A stretch of 64,000 bases of DNA, taken from Xanthobacteraceae bacterium. GTDB lineage: Bacteria; Pseudomonadota; Alphaproteobacteria; Rhizobiales; Xanthobacteraceae. A program made the translations under genes and the position numbers. Numbering within the stretch: position 1 is the first letter of the stretch; the number at the start of each line of letters is the position of its first letter. The notes under the pieces were generated by a model that saw only the letters and a list, made by a program, of their open reading frames with translations, had not been told where the DNA came from and ran no database searches. The DNA is taken from contig DASYFD010000162.1 in assembly GCA_036498625.1 (NCBI GenBank), positions 140 through 64,139 on the forward strand. Reading direction: 5' to 3'. Below, in pieces: positions 34,351 through 43,066 of this stretch.

Positions 34351-35202
34351 TTATCGCCCTGGCGCAATCGCCTCGAGCTTGTCCGGATTGGCGATGGCAA
34401 AGACCGAATGAATGCGCTCGCCGTCCGTGTCGATCATGATCGCAACCACGATGTGTCCGCCGGCCCTTGCCACCAGGCCGGGCGCGCCATTGAGCTCGAT
34501 CTCCTCCACGGTCGCGCTCGGCGGCAACGTCCGGGTAACCGCGATGATGAAGCGCGCAACCGCGAGGCTGCCGACGACCGCCTGCTTGAGCGCGAGCGCC
34601 TTGCCGCCGCCGTCGCCGTGCAAGACGGCATTGTCATCGAGCAGCGCCACCAGCGCCTCCATATCCTGTCCGCGCGCCGCTTCCAGGAAGCCCAGCATGA
34701 GGGCGCGGTGGCGCGCCCGGTCGACGACGAAGCGCGGCCGTTCCTGCGCAATCCGGGCGCGGGCACGGCTGAATATCTTGCGGCAGGCGACGGCATCGCG
34801 CCCGACCACGGGGGCGATCTCCTCGAAGCCGAGGTCGAAGGCGTTGTGCAGCACGAACACCACGCGCTCCAGCGCCGACAGCCGCTCGAGCACGACCAGG
34901 AGCGCAAACGAGACGTCTTCGGCGCGCACCGGCTCGTCCTGCGTCAGCAATGGCTCGGGCAGCCATTCGCCCACATAGGTCTCGCGCCGCGCCCGCAGGT
35001 CGCGCAGCCGGTTGAAGCTGAGCCTGGCGGTGATCGTGGTGAGGTAGGCCTTCAGCGATTGGACGGCTTCCCCGGGCGCCGCGCGATGGAAGCGCAGGAA
35101 CGCGTCCTGCACGATGTCCTCGGCGTCGGCGCGGCTGCCGGTGATCCGATAGGCCAGCGCGAACATGGCCGGCCGCAGCTCGGTGAAGGCGTGATCCGTC
35201 AC
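34351..35202 (-). CDS. ECF sigma factor with fused SnoaL-like C-terminal domain (ECF41/SigJ-like)
   Basis: The GTG start at 35200-35202 overlaps the upstream stop (GTGA); an alternative ATG is at 35244. Region 2 is DAEDIVQDAFLRF, region 4 is LSALERVVFVLHNAFDLGFEEIA, and there is a C-terminal extension of roughly 100 aa. No anti-sigma gene lies nearby. Confidence 0.85.
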   Translation of the reverse strand: MTDHAFTELRPAMFALAYRITGSRADAEDIVQDAFLRFHRAAPGEAVQSLKAYLTTITARLSFNRLRDLRARRETYVGEWLPEPLLTQDEPVRAEDVSFALLVVLERLSALERVVFVLHNAFDLGFEEIAPVVGRDAVACRKIFSRARARIAQERPRFVVDRARHRALMLGFLEAARGQDMEALVALLDDNAVLHGDGGGKALALKQAVVGSLAVARFIIAVTRTLPPSATVEEIELNGAPGLVARAGGHIVVAIMIDTDGERIHSVFAIANPDKLEAIAPGR

Positions 35203-36464
35203 GCCGCCCGCGCCGCCTGCATTGCTTCTTGTGCTCGTTGCCATGATACGCGTTTTCGTCCCACGGTGAAGAACAGGCCGGGAAATCGTCGTTCCATCTT
35301 GAGCAGCGTGGCCAGAAAGCGGACGAAGAAGTTTCGTACGCGAATTCCGTTGCGCCCGGTGATCAGGAAGGTGGCCTCCCGGTCGTCCGGAAAAGTCGCA
35401 AACCCCACCCCGACGCGGCCGATCGCAACGCCTTGGCCGAAGGCCGAATAGCAAAACGGCGGCAATTGCCGCCCGGCCGTCATGGCAAGGATCGCATCGG
35501 CCGCATAGGCGCCCGAAACCAGCGCAGCATAAGCCGACATCCGATAGCGGGCTCCGGTCGGCGCGATCGGGTGGGCGGCGTCGCCGACCGCGATGATATG
35601 CGGGTGAGAGATCGAGCGCAGTCCGGGATCGACCCAAATCCGCCCCTGCGGGTCGGTGGAGAGACCGGCCTGCCGCGCCATGTTGGGCGCTCGCAGGCCG
35701 CCCGACCATACGCAAAGATCGCAGGGGATGGTCTCATTGGAGCCGGTCAGGATTTCGCCCGCCCTGACCTCGGCGACGGTTTGGCCGTCGATCATCTTGA
35801 CGTCCAACCGCTCGAGCGCGGCGCGGATCGCGCGCTCGACCCGTGCGCCCTTGAAAGCCGCGCAGCGCGAGCGCGCGAGCATGGTCACCTTGGCGGCCGG
35901 CCAGCGGGTCTTGATCTCGCCGGCGGCCTCGATTGCGGTCTCGTGGCCGCCCACCACGATCACGCGGATCGCGCGATCGGCATTCTGCTCGAGCCTTTCG
36001 CGCAAGGCTGCGACCGCGCGCGGTCCGTCGGCGGCCTCGAGCCGATAGGCGTGCGCGTCCGCGCCCGGAATTCCGCCGAGCTCGATCTGCGAGCCGAGCG
36101 CATAGATGGCGCGATCGAAGGCGAGCTCCCGTTCGGAGTTCCCGCTCGCCACGCGAATGCGGCGCCGGGCCGGATCGAGCGCGACGACATTGCCGCAAAT
36201 GAAGTCGATGCCGGTCCCGGCGAGCAGCGTGGCGATCGAAGCGATGCGCGCGGCGACCGGTCCGGCAATTCTCTCCTGCAGCCTGACCCGCTCGATGAAT
36301 TGATCGCTGCCGTTAACCAGCGCGACGCGCAAGTGCTTCTGGCCATGTGGCCCACGCTTGCGCCGGCCCAGGCGCAACGCCGCCATCAGTCCGGCATAGC
36401 CGGCGCCCATGATCACGACATCGTAGGGCGGCGCCTCCATGGCCTGTGTGTTCGGGTCGTTCAT
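35199..36464 (-). CDS. FAD-dependent pyridine nucleotide-disulfide oxidoreductase (NDH-2-like)
   Basis: Start chosen at MNDPNTQAME (SD GGAGG). The two dinucleotide-binding motifs VVIMGAGYAGL and VIVVGGHETAIE are present, plus IIAVGDAA. Confidence 0.85.
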   Translation of the reverse strand: MNDPNTQAMEAPPYDVVIMGAGYAGLMAALRLGRRKRGPHGQKHLRVALVNGSDQFIERVRLQERIAGPVAARIASIATLLAGTGIDFICGNVVALDPARRRIRVASGNSERELAFDRAIYALGSQIELGGIPGADAHAYRLEAADGPRAVAALRERLEQNADRAIRVIVVGGHETAIEAAGEIKTRWPAAKVTMLARSRCAAFKGARVERAIRAALERLDVKMIDGQTVAEVRAGEILTGSNETIPCDLCVWSGGLRAPNMARQAGLSTDPQGRIWVDPGLRSISHPHIIAVGDAAHPIAPTGARYRMSAYAALVSGAYAADAILAMTAGRQLPPFCYSAFGQGVAIGRVGVGFATFPDDREATFLITGRNGIRVRNFFVRFLATLLKMERRFPGLFFTVGRKRVSWQRAQEAMQAARAA

Positions 36465-36496
36465 GCATGCCTCCGGGATAGGCCCCTGCAAGACAA

Positions 36497-36523
36497 GACA
36501 CGCCAGGAAGGGAAAGCGTGACA
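36497..36523 (-). promoter_or_regulatory. ECF41-type promoter motif TGTCACG-N16-TGTC (consensus TGTCACA-N16-CGTC)
   Basis: Read on the minus strand. The -10 element ends about 32 nt upstream of the oxidoreductase ATG. Confidence 0.45.
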
Positions 36524-36746
36524 GCCCAGCCCGGCCGTGGCGGCAGCCCGGGCCGTTTCGGAGCTGGGCGCGACCCCCAAGCGCTTCAATCGGCATGGCG
36601 CGCGATCCGGCTCTGTGACGGCGGTCACACGATGGTCGATTGCGCAGCCGCCGCGGACCGATCGTTGAACGTTCGGCGTCGGCCCGCTGACCCATGGACG
36701 GATGGAGAAATCATCCTGACACGACCAACCGCAAAGGAATACGCCA

Positions 36747-36989
36747 ATGACCCGCATGACCCACAAGACCAAGCTCCTCGCCATCGTCTTGACGACGCTG
36801 GCCGCCATGGCCGCAAGCCATGCCTCGGCCAGCACGGGAAACATCGCCGGCGGGCTCACTCCGGAAGCTGCCGCGCCCGTGGCTGCGGCCGACAGCGCGG
36901 CCGCCGCCCCGAGCTGGCAGATTGCCCGCAAGGCCGGCGGCGGCAAAGGCGGCAGCGGCGGCTTTTGGACTCGCCGATCGCGCACGTAG
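36747..36989 (+). CDS. small secreted protein (80 aa) with an Ala-rich middle and a Gly-rich basic C-terminus
   Basis: Signal peptide KTKLLAIVLTTLAAMAASHASAS. Host-like GC3. Weak SD (AAAGGA). Confidence 0.45.
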   Translation: MTRMTHKTKLLAIVLTTLAAMAASHASASTGNIAGGLTPEAAAPVAAADSAAAAPSWQIARKAGGGKGGSGGFWTRRSRT

Positions 36990-37052
36990 GCGCGACGTCG
37001 AGGCCGCGAGGAGGCCGACAAAACAAAGGTGAAAAAGGTGAAGCCTCCGGCG

Positions 37053-37081
37053 TTGACGCCACGCTGCAAATCAGACTATTC
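37053..37081 (+). promoter_or_regulatory. sigma70-like promoter TTGACG-N17-CTATTC (copy 1 of a duplicated module)
   Basis: Matches the alphaproteobacterial CTTGAC-N17-CTATAT consensus. A 30-nt block at 37066-37095 is identical to the minus-strand copy at 61524-61553. Confidence 0.45.
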
Positions 37082-37087
37082 GTGAAA

Positions 37088-37140
37088 TTGAAACTGGACT
37101 GGTGTGCCCGGGCGGGAAACCGTACCGGGCATTTTGTTTG
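37088..37140 (+). ncRNA. candidate short transcript (about 50 nt) ending at a terminator hairpin
   Basis: The promoter above is followed by GCCCGG-N13-CCGGGC and ATTTTGTTTG. No plus-strand ORF follows. Confidence 0.25.
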
Positions 37141-37241
37141 GTCGCCGGGATCGGACCTCCAGGCACGCGAAATTCCCGGGCCTTGTAAATCTCCTGTTAT
37201 TTACAAGGAGCCTCATTGAATTCGCAGGTAAATTTGGTTGG

Positions 37242-38333
37242 TCAGAGCTTCACGGGCTCTTCCATCCCCTGCGCCAGCCCGACCCGCTCGGCCCGGTAGC
37301 CGCGATCTAGGATCGACTGCCACCACGGCTTGTTGTCGACATACCAGCGCACGGTCTTGCGCAACCCGCTCTCGAACGACTCGGAGGCACGCCAGCCGAG
37401 CTCGCGCTCGATCTTCGAGGGATCGATCGCATAGCGCCGGTCGTGGCCGGGCCGGTCGGACACGTAGGTGATCAGCCGCGCCCGCCGGCCGGCCGGCGAG
37501 GGCGCGATCTCGTCGAGCAGCGCGCAGATCGCCTGCACCACCGCGATGTTGCTGCGCTCGTTGCGGGCCCCGATATTGTAGGTCTGGCCGGCGGCGCCGC
37601 GCTCGAGCACCAAAGTGAGCGCGCGGGCGTGGTCCTCCACATGCAGCCAGTCGCGCACATTGGCGCCGTCGCCGTAGACCGGCAGCGACTGCTCGGCCAG
37701 GCTCCGGATGATGATGTGGGGAATGAGCTTCTCGGGAAAATGATAGGGCCCGTAATTGTTGGAGCAGTTGGTGACCATGGTGGGCAACCCGTAGGTGGCT
37801 TGCCAGGCGCGCACCAGGTGATCGGACGAGGCCTTGGAGGCCGCATAGGGCGAGTTCGGCGCGCACGGGCTTTCCTCGACGAACAGGCCCTGCGGCCCGA
37901 GCGAGCCGTAGACCTCGTCGGTGGAGACATGATGGAAGCGGAAGCCGGCTTGAGCGCCGCGGTCGAGCGCCTGCCAGTGCCGCAAGGCCTCCTGCAGCAG
38001 CGTGAAGGTGCCCACGATGTTGGTCTGGATGAACTCTCCGGGACCGTCGATCGAGCGGTCCACATGGCTTTCCGCCGCCAGGTTCATCACATAACGCGGC
38101 TGGTATTGCTCGAACAGGCGCCGCAATGTCGGGCCGTCGCAGATGTCGGCCCGCGCGAAACGATAGCGCGCATGGCCCTCGGCCTGCGGGATGGATGCGA
38201 GATTGGACGCATAGGTGAGCTTGTCGATATTGACCACGAAGGCCTGCGTCTCGTCCAAGAGGTGGCGCACCACGGCCGAGCCGATGAAGCCGGCGCCCCC
38301 GGTCACGAACACCACGGCGTTGCTCAAGCGCAT
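37242..38333 (-). CDS. rfbB: dTDP-glucose 4,6-dehydratase
   Basis: 363-aa [24 protein letters not shown] and [12 protein letters not shown] (YxxxK) motifs are present. Confidence 0.92.
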   Translation of the reverse strand: MRLSNAVVFVTGGAGFIGSAVVRHLLDETQAFVVNIDKLTYASNLASIPQAEGHARYRFARADICDGPTLRRLFEQYQPRYVMNLAAESHVDRSIDGPGEFIQTNIVGTFTLLQEALRHWQALDRGAQAGFRFHHVSTDEVYGSLGPQGLFVEESPCAPNSPYAASKASSDHLVRAWQATYGLPTMVTNCSNNYGPYHFPEKLIPHIIIRSLAEQSLPVYGDGANVRDWLHVEDHARALTLVLERGAAGQTYNIGARNERSNIAVVQAICALLDEIAPSPAGRRARLITYVSDRPGHDRRYAIDPSKIERELGWRASESFESGLRKTVRWYVDNKPWWQSILDRGYRAERVGLAQGMEEPVKL

Positions 38334-38427
38334 GGATCAGATCCTGCGGCGAGAGCACCAAGTCGGGTAGACCCGACTTGGTGTGTCAAGCCCGGCAACG
38401 ACACCGAATTGGATTGGACCGATCGGC

Positions 38428-39198
38428 CTATTGGGGCGGCCTGCGGCCCCAGGCGATGAAGCCCGCGTTCTTGAATCCGGCATCTTTTTTTCCGTAGCGC
38501 AGAGGCGATCCATCGAGGCCGAGCACGCAGCCCCCGGCGGCATTCAGGATGGCATGGCCGGCGGCCGTATCCCATTCCATGGTGGGGGCGAGGCGAGGAT
38601 AAACATCGGCGTCGCCGCGGGCAATCAGGCAGAATTTCAGGGAGGAGCCGACGCGCTGCAACTCGGCCACCGGCCGTCGCGTAAGCCACGCCTCGGTGTC
38701 TGCGTTCAAGTGCGAACGGCTGGCGACGGCGCGCAGGCCGGTGCGCGGCGGGCTGGTGGCGATGACCTGCAGGGCGCCGGGGGCGCCAGCGGACGCGGTA
38801 GCGCCGGCCACATAGACCTGATCGAGCGCCGGCGCACAAATTGCCCCCGCGATCGGGTCGCCGCCCTCGATGAGCGCGACATTGACGGTGAAATCCTTGT
38901 GCCCGGCCAGAAATTCGCGCGTGCCGTCGAGCGGATCGACCAGGATAAAGCGTTCCGGCACCGCGCCGCCATCGGGCGCAAACGATTCCTCGGCGATCAC
39001 GGGGACGTTCGGGAGGAGGGCGGTGAGGCGCGCCAGGACGAGCCGCTCCGCCTCGAGATCGGCCCGGCAGACCGGCGAGCCGTCGGGCTTGCGCCGCGCC
39101 CCGATGTCGGACGCCTGCAGCCTCATGATGAGCTTGCCGGCCTCGGCCACGATATTGCCGAGCTCGAGGCCAAGCGCGTCGCGCGCTTTCATTTCCAT
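38428..39198 (-). CDS. cysQ: 3'(2'),5'-bisphosphate nucleotidase
   Basis: Start chosen at MEMKARDAL inside the 578-aa track ORF. VDPLDGTREF and EWDTAAGHAIL inositol-monophosphatase-family motifs are present. Confidence 0.85.
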   Translation of the reverse strand: MEMKARDALGLELGNIVAEAGKLIMRLQASDIGARRKPDGSPVCRADLEAERLVLARLTALLPNVPVIAEESFAPDGGAVPERFILVDPLDGTREFLAGHKDFTVNVALIEGGDPIAGAICAPALDQVYVAGATASAGAPGALQVIATSPPRTGLRAVASRSHLNADTEAWLTRRPVAELQRVGSSLKFCLIARGDADVYPRLAPTMEWDTAAGHAILNAAGGCVLGLDGSPLRYGKKDAGFKNAGFIAWGRRPPQ

Positions 39199-39381
39199 GA
39201 CAATTCCAACCGACTCCCTGCGTTGTGTGGAACATAGGTTGATTTGGCTGTCGAAGCACCCCGCATGGTACTTGCCGCCATGCAGAAAGCGGAGAACGGC
39301 CTGGCGGGCTGCGGGCTGGACAATTAAATGCAGCAATGCCCAATGCCGGGCTCGGGCGCACGGCAATCTGACGGAGCCACC

Positions 39382-40095
39382 ATGATCGACCTGCATTACT
39401 GGACCACGCCGAACGGCCACAAGATCACGATCTTCCTCGAGGAGGCCGGGCTGCCGTACCGGATCATCCCGGTGAATATCGGCAAGGGCCAGCAGTTCGC
39501 CCGCGCCTTCCTGACGATCTCCCCGAACAATCGCATTCCGGCGATCGTGGACCATGATCCGGCCGACGGCGGCAAGCCGATCGAGATGTTCGAATCGGGC
39601 GCCATCCTGCTCTATCTCGCGGACAAGACCGGCCGCTTCATCCCGGCCGATCTGCGCGGCCGCGCCGAGGCGATCCAGTGGGTGTTCTGGCAGATGGGCA
39701 ACCTGGGCCCGATGGCGGGGCAGAACAATCATTTCAGCAATTACGCGGTCGACAAGATTCCCTACGCGATGGACCGGTATCGCAACGAGGTCAATCGACT
39801 CTACGGCGTGCTCGACCGGCGGCTGGCCGATCGGCCCTTCATCGCCGGCGATTACTCGATCGCCGACATGGCGAGCTATCCCTGGATCGTGCCCCATGAA
39901 CGCCAGGGCCAGAAGATCGCCGACTTTCCGCATCTCAAGCGCTGGTTCGAGGCGGTGCGGACACGGCCGGCGGTGGTGCGCGCCTACGACAAGGCCAAGG
40001 AGATCAATCCCAATCCGCCCGGCATTCGCACGCCGGAGGAGCGTGCCATCCTGTTCGGCCAGACGGCAGCATCGGTCGCCAATGCGGCGCGCTGA
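39382..40095 (+). CDS. yfcG: Nu-class glutathione S-transferase (YfcG-like)
   Basis: MIDLHYWTTPNGHKITIFLEEAGLPY...ISPNNRIPAIVDH...FESGAILLYLADKTG is collinear with my recollection of E. coli YfcG. Confidence 0.88.
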   Translation: MIDLHYWTTPNGHKITIFLEEAGLPYRIIPVNIGKGQQFARAFLTISPNNRIPAIVDHDPADGGKPIEMFESGAILLYLADKTGRFIPADLRGRAEAIQWVFWQMGNLGPMAGQNNHFSNYAVDKIPYAMDRYRNEVNRLYGVLDRRLADRPFIAGDYSIADMASYPWIVPHERQGQKIADFPHLKRWFEAVRTRPAVVRAYDKAKEINPNPPGIRTPEERAILFGQTAASVANAAR

Positions 40096-41626
40096 CGAAG
40101 CCCTGCTGGCGGAGCTCAAAGGCCGCCTGCTCGAGATCAGCGATCTCGGCGGGACCGCCGCCATCCTGTCCTGGGACCAGTCGACCTATATGCCGAGCGG
40201 CGGCGCGGTCGCGCGCGGCCGCCAGAGTGCGCTCCTGAGCCGGCTCATGCATGAGCGGCGAACGGATGCCGGGCTCGGCCGTCTCCTCGATGAGCTGACG
40301 CCGTATGGGGAGAGCCTGCCGCCCGACAGCGACGATGCCGCGCTCATCCGGGTGACGGCGCGCGATTTCGCCAAGGCGATCCGGCTGCCGACCGACTTTG
40401 TCGAGCGCTTGAGCGCGCATTCCTCTGCCACCTATGATGCCTGGACGCGGGCGCGCCAGAGCAACGATTTCGCCAGCATGCGGCCATTGCTGGAGCGGAC
40501 GCTCGATCTCAGCTGCGAATATGCTGAGTTCTTCGCGCCCTACCAGCATGTCCTCGATCCCTTCATCGACGATGCGGACGAGGGCATGACCTGCGCGTCG
40601 GTGCGCGCGCTGTTTGCGCAGCTGCGCGCCGAGCTGGTGCCGCTGGTGCGCGCCATCTGCGAGCGGCCGGCGGCCGACGACAGCTGCCTGCGCGGTGCCT
40701 TTGCCGAAACCCCGCAGCTCGACTTCGGGCTCGCGCTTGCGACCGCCTATGGGTACGACCTCGGGCGCGGCCGGCTCGACCGCACCCCGCATCCGTTCTG
40801 CACCCGGCTGTCGGGCGGCGACGTGCGCATCACCACCCGGGTCTATCCGGACGACGTGACCCAGGCGCTGTTCTCAACCCTGCACGAGGCCGGCCACGGG
40901 ATGTACGAGCAGGGCGTCGCGCCCGCACTCGACGGCACGCCGCTCGGTTCCGGCACCTCGGCGGGCGTGCATGAGAGCCAGTCGCGGCTGTGGGAGAACG
41001 TGGTCGGCCGCAGCCTCGGCCTGTGGCAGCACTCCTATCCGAAGCTGCAGGCGGCGTTTCCGGATCGCTTGGGCAAGGTGCCGCTCGAAAATTTTTATCG
41101 CGCCATCAACAAGGTCGAACGCTCGCTGATCAGGACCGAAGCCGACGAGGTGACCTACAATCTGCACATCATCCTGCGCTTCGATCTCGAGGTCGCGATG
41201 CTGGAACGTCGGCTCGCGGTCAAGGATCTGCCCGAGGCCTGGCGGGCGCGCTACCAGTCGGATCTCGGGATCAGCCCGCTCGACGACCGGGACGGCTGTA
41301 TGCAGGACGTGCATTGGTTTGGGGGCTGCATCGGCGGCGCCTTTCACAGCTACACCATCGGCAATGTGCTGAGCGCCCAGTTCCACGCCGCAGCGCTGCG
41401 CGCCCATCCCGAGATTCCGGGCGAGATCGCGGCCGGCCGGTTTGCGACCCTGAAAGGCTGGCTCGACGAGAATCTCTATCGCCATGGCCGCAAGTACCAG
41501 GCCGACGAGATCGTGCGCCGTGCCACCGGCGAGCCCATGACCATCCGGCCCTATATGGATTATCTGAACCGCAAATATGGCGAGCTGTATGGTCTGCGTG
41601 AGACGGCCGAAACTGTCCCTGTCTGA
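40082..41626 (+). CDS. M32 family carboxypeptidase (Taq-like)
   Basis: Start chosen at MRRADEALLAEL; it overlaps the GST end by 14 nt. HPF (TPHPFCT), HEAGHGMYEQG (HExxH), IRTEADEVTY and MQDVHW motifs are present. Confidence 0.88.
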   Translation: MRRADEALLAELKGRLLEISDLGGTAAILSWDQSTYMPSGGAVARGRQSALLSRLMHERRTDAGLGRLLDELTPYGESLPPDSDDAALIRVTARDFAKAIRLPTDFVERLSAHSSATYDAWTRARQSNDFASMRPLLERTLDLSCEYAEFFAPYQHVLDPFIDDADEGMTCASVRALFAQLRAELVPLVRAICERPAADDSCLRGAFAETPQLDFGLALATAYGYDLGRGRLDRTPHPFCTRLSGGDVRITTRVYPDDVTQALFSTLHEAGHGMYEQGVAPALDGTPLGSGTSAGVHESQSRLWENVVGRSLGLWQHSYPKLQAAFPDRLGKVPLENFYRAINKVERSLIRTEADEVTYNLHIILRFDLEVAMLERRLAVKDLPEAWRARYQSDLGISPLDDRDGCMQDVHWFGGCIGGAFHSYTIGNVLSAQFHAAALRAHPEIPGEIAAGRFATLKGWLDENLYRHGRKYQADEIVRRATGEPMTIRPYMDYLNRKYGELYGLRETAETVPV

Positions 41627-41750
41627 ACGACCTCAGTCGGCTGTGATGCCCCCGATATTCGGCGGTCGGCATCAGGATGCGATTTCCGCGCCCTGCCAGC
41701 AAGACGGACGCGGCCTTCGTTGCTGACGAAGGCTTTACGGTTTCGGTGGC

Positions 41751-42515
41751 ATGATCGCCAACCGATTCGGGGATATCGCGACCATGTCGGAATGGCGGGA
41801 CGAAAGAAACCGGCGCGCGCTCGCGCGCCTCGAGAAGGCGCTGCCGGGCGTTTTCCCGGCGCCGGTCCTGGCGCGCGCATTGAGCCGCCCGTTCATACCG
41901 CCGATGCCGCGGCTCGCGGTCGACGGCTACTGGCGTGCCCACCCGGTGCGGGCCGACCGCTTGGCGCGCGCGCTCGCCGCCCTCAGCGGGACGCCGGCCG
42001 GATGGACATGGAGCTTCGGGACCGGCCGCGAGGGCTTGCCGGCGACCTTTCGGGCCCCGCCGGCGCCTTACCGGGAGCCGGCCTTTGCGCGCGGTCCGGG
42101 AGCGTGCTGCGTGTGCGGACAGCCGGTCTACCGTTTCGGCTGGCACGCCGACCTGTGGGGCACCGGCCCCAACAAAAAAGCCGCCTGGCATGCGGCCTGC
42201 GTGATCGCCTGGGAACTGTGGAGCGCACCGAGCGATTTCGTGCGCATCCTCAAGCAATTGCAGGGCCGGCGCTGCGGCGAAAGCGGCAAGCGGTTGCGCA
42301 AGACCGCGGAGGTCGACCACCGGGTGCCGCTTTACCGCGTGTGGGGCGAGCACCGCCACACCGACTGGCCCCGGCTGCTGGCCTTCTGGGGAGTGCCCAA
42401 TCTGCAGGTGATCAATCGCGACGCTCACGCCGCCAAATGCGCCAGCGAGGCGACCGACCGCAGCACCAGAAGGGCGGAAGCCGGGATCAGCGCCGAGACC
42501 GACAGCGGCCTGTGA
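41751..42515 (+). CDS. hypothetical protein with a C-terminal HNH nuclease-like motif
   Basis: 254-aa ORF. Contains CCVCGQPV...AWHAAC and VDHRVPLYRVW...NLQVINRDAHAAK. Start is uncertain (an alternative M at 41784). Confidence 0.55.
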   Translation: MIANRFGDIATMSEWRDERNRRALARLEKALPGVFPAPVLARALSRPFIPPMPRLAVDGYWRAHPVRADRLARALAALSGTPAGWTWSFGTGREGLPATFRAPPAPYREPAFARGPGACCVCGQPVYRFGWHADLWGTGPNKKAAWHAACVIAWELWSAPSDFVRILKQLQGRRCGESGKRLRKTAEVDHRVPLYRVWGEHRHTDWPRLLAFWGVPNLQVINRDAHAAKCASEATDRSTRRAEAGISAETDSGL

Positions 42516-42601
42516 GACGGACCGGAAGGCCCCGGGAGGGCCTTTCCATGCGGGTCTCCGAGGGATAAGCTTCAAGAAAATAATTCAGGAGGAGGAAGCC
42601 G

Positions 42602-42961
42602 ATGAAGCATAGCGCCTGGCTGCTGTTATTTGTGTTCGCCGCAGGCCCCCAATATGCGTCCGCCCAGCAGGCGGGCCCCGCTCTCAACGAGACCCAACGA
42701 CACGGCCAGCAACTGCTCGCCCAGTCATGCGGCATCTGCCATCTGCCGCCGGAACGCGGCGCCAAGACCTTCGGGCCGCCCCTGAACAAGCTGGCGGGCG
42801 GCGGCGACGACGACATCATGCGCGAATACATCACCAATGGCACGCCGCGCATGCCGTCCTTCAAGAGCTATCTGAAGAGCACGGACATCGATGCGATCAT
42901 CGCCTACGTGCGCACCGTGCCGGCGCCGGCAGCCGCACCTGGGGCACCGGCGGCGCCCTGA
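42602..42961 (+). CDS. class I c-type cytochrome (monoheme, exported)
   Basis: 119-aa ORF. SD AGGAGGAGG, signal peptide, CGICH heme motif, and a distal RMPSF methionine. Confidence 0.85.
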   Translation: MKHSAWLLLFVFAAGPQYASAQQAGPALNETQRHGQQLLAQSCGICHLPPERGAKTFGPPLNKLAGGGDDDIMREYITNGTPRMPSFKSYLKSTDIDAIIAYVRTVPAPAAAPGAPAAP

Positions 42962-43066
42962 ACGACATTCTACGCGTAAAAGACGCTGCGCGTTCACGAA
43001 ATCTGCAAGCCCGAACCTCTGCAAATGAAATCTCTGGAACTTGAACTCTCATAGGGAGAAGCTCTC

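Noticed and set aside
38360-38387. 13-bp perfect hairpin CACCAAGTCGGGT-AG-ACCCGACTTGGTG between cysQ and rfbB as a terminator
   Set aside because: No T-run follows on the transcribed (minus) strand. It could be a REP or a processing site, but the evidence is insufficient to call.
39554-40081. Upstream extension of the M32 carboxypeptidase ORF (690 aa in the track)
   Set aside because: The extension is an alternative frame of the GST gene. The ATG at 40082 gives a 514-aa protein of normal M32 length.
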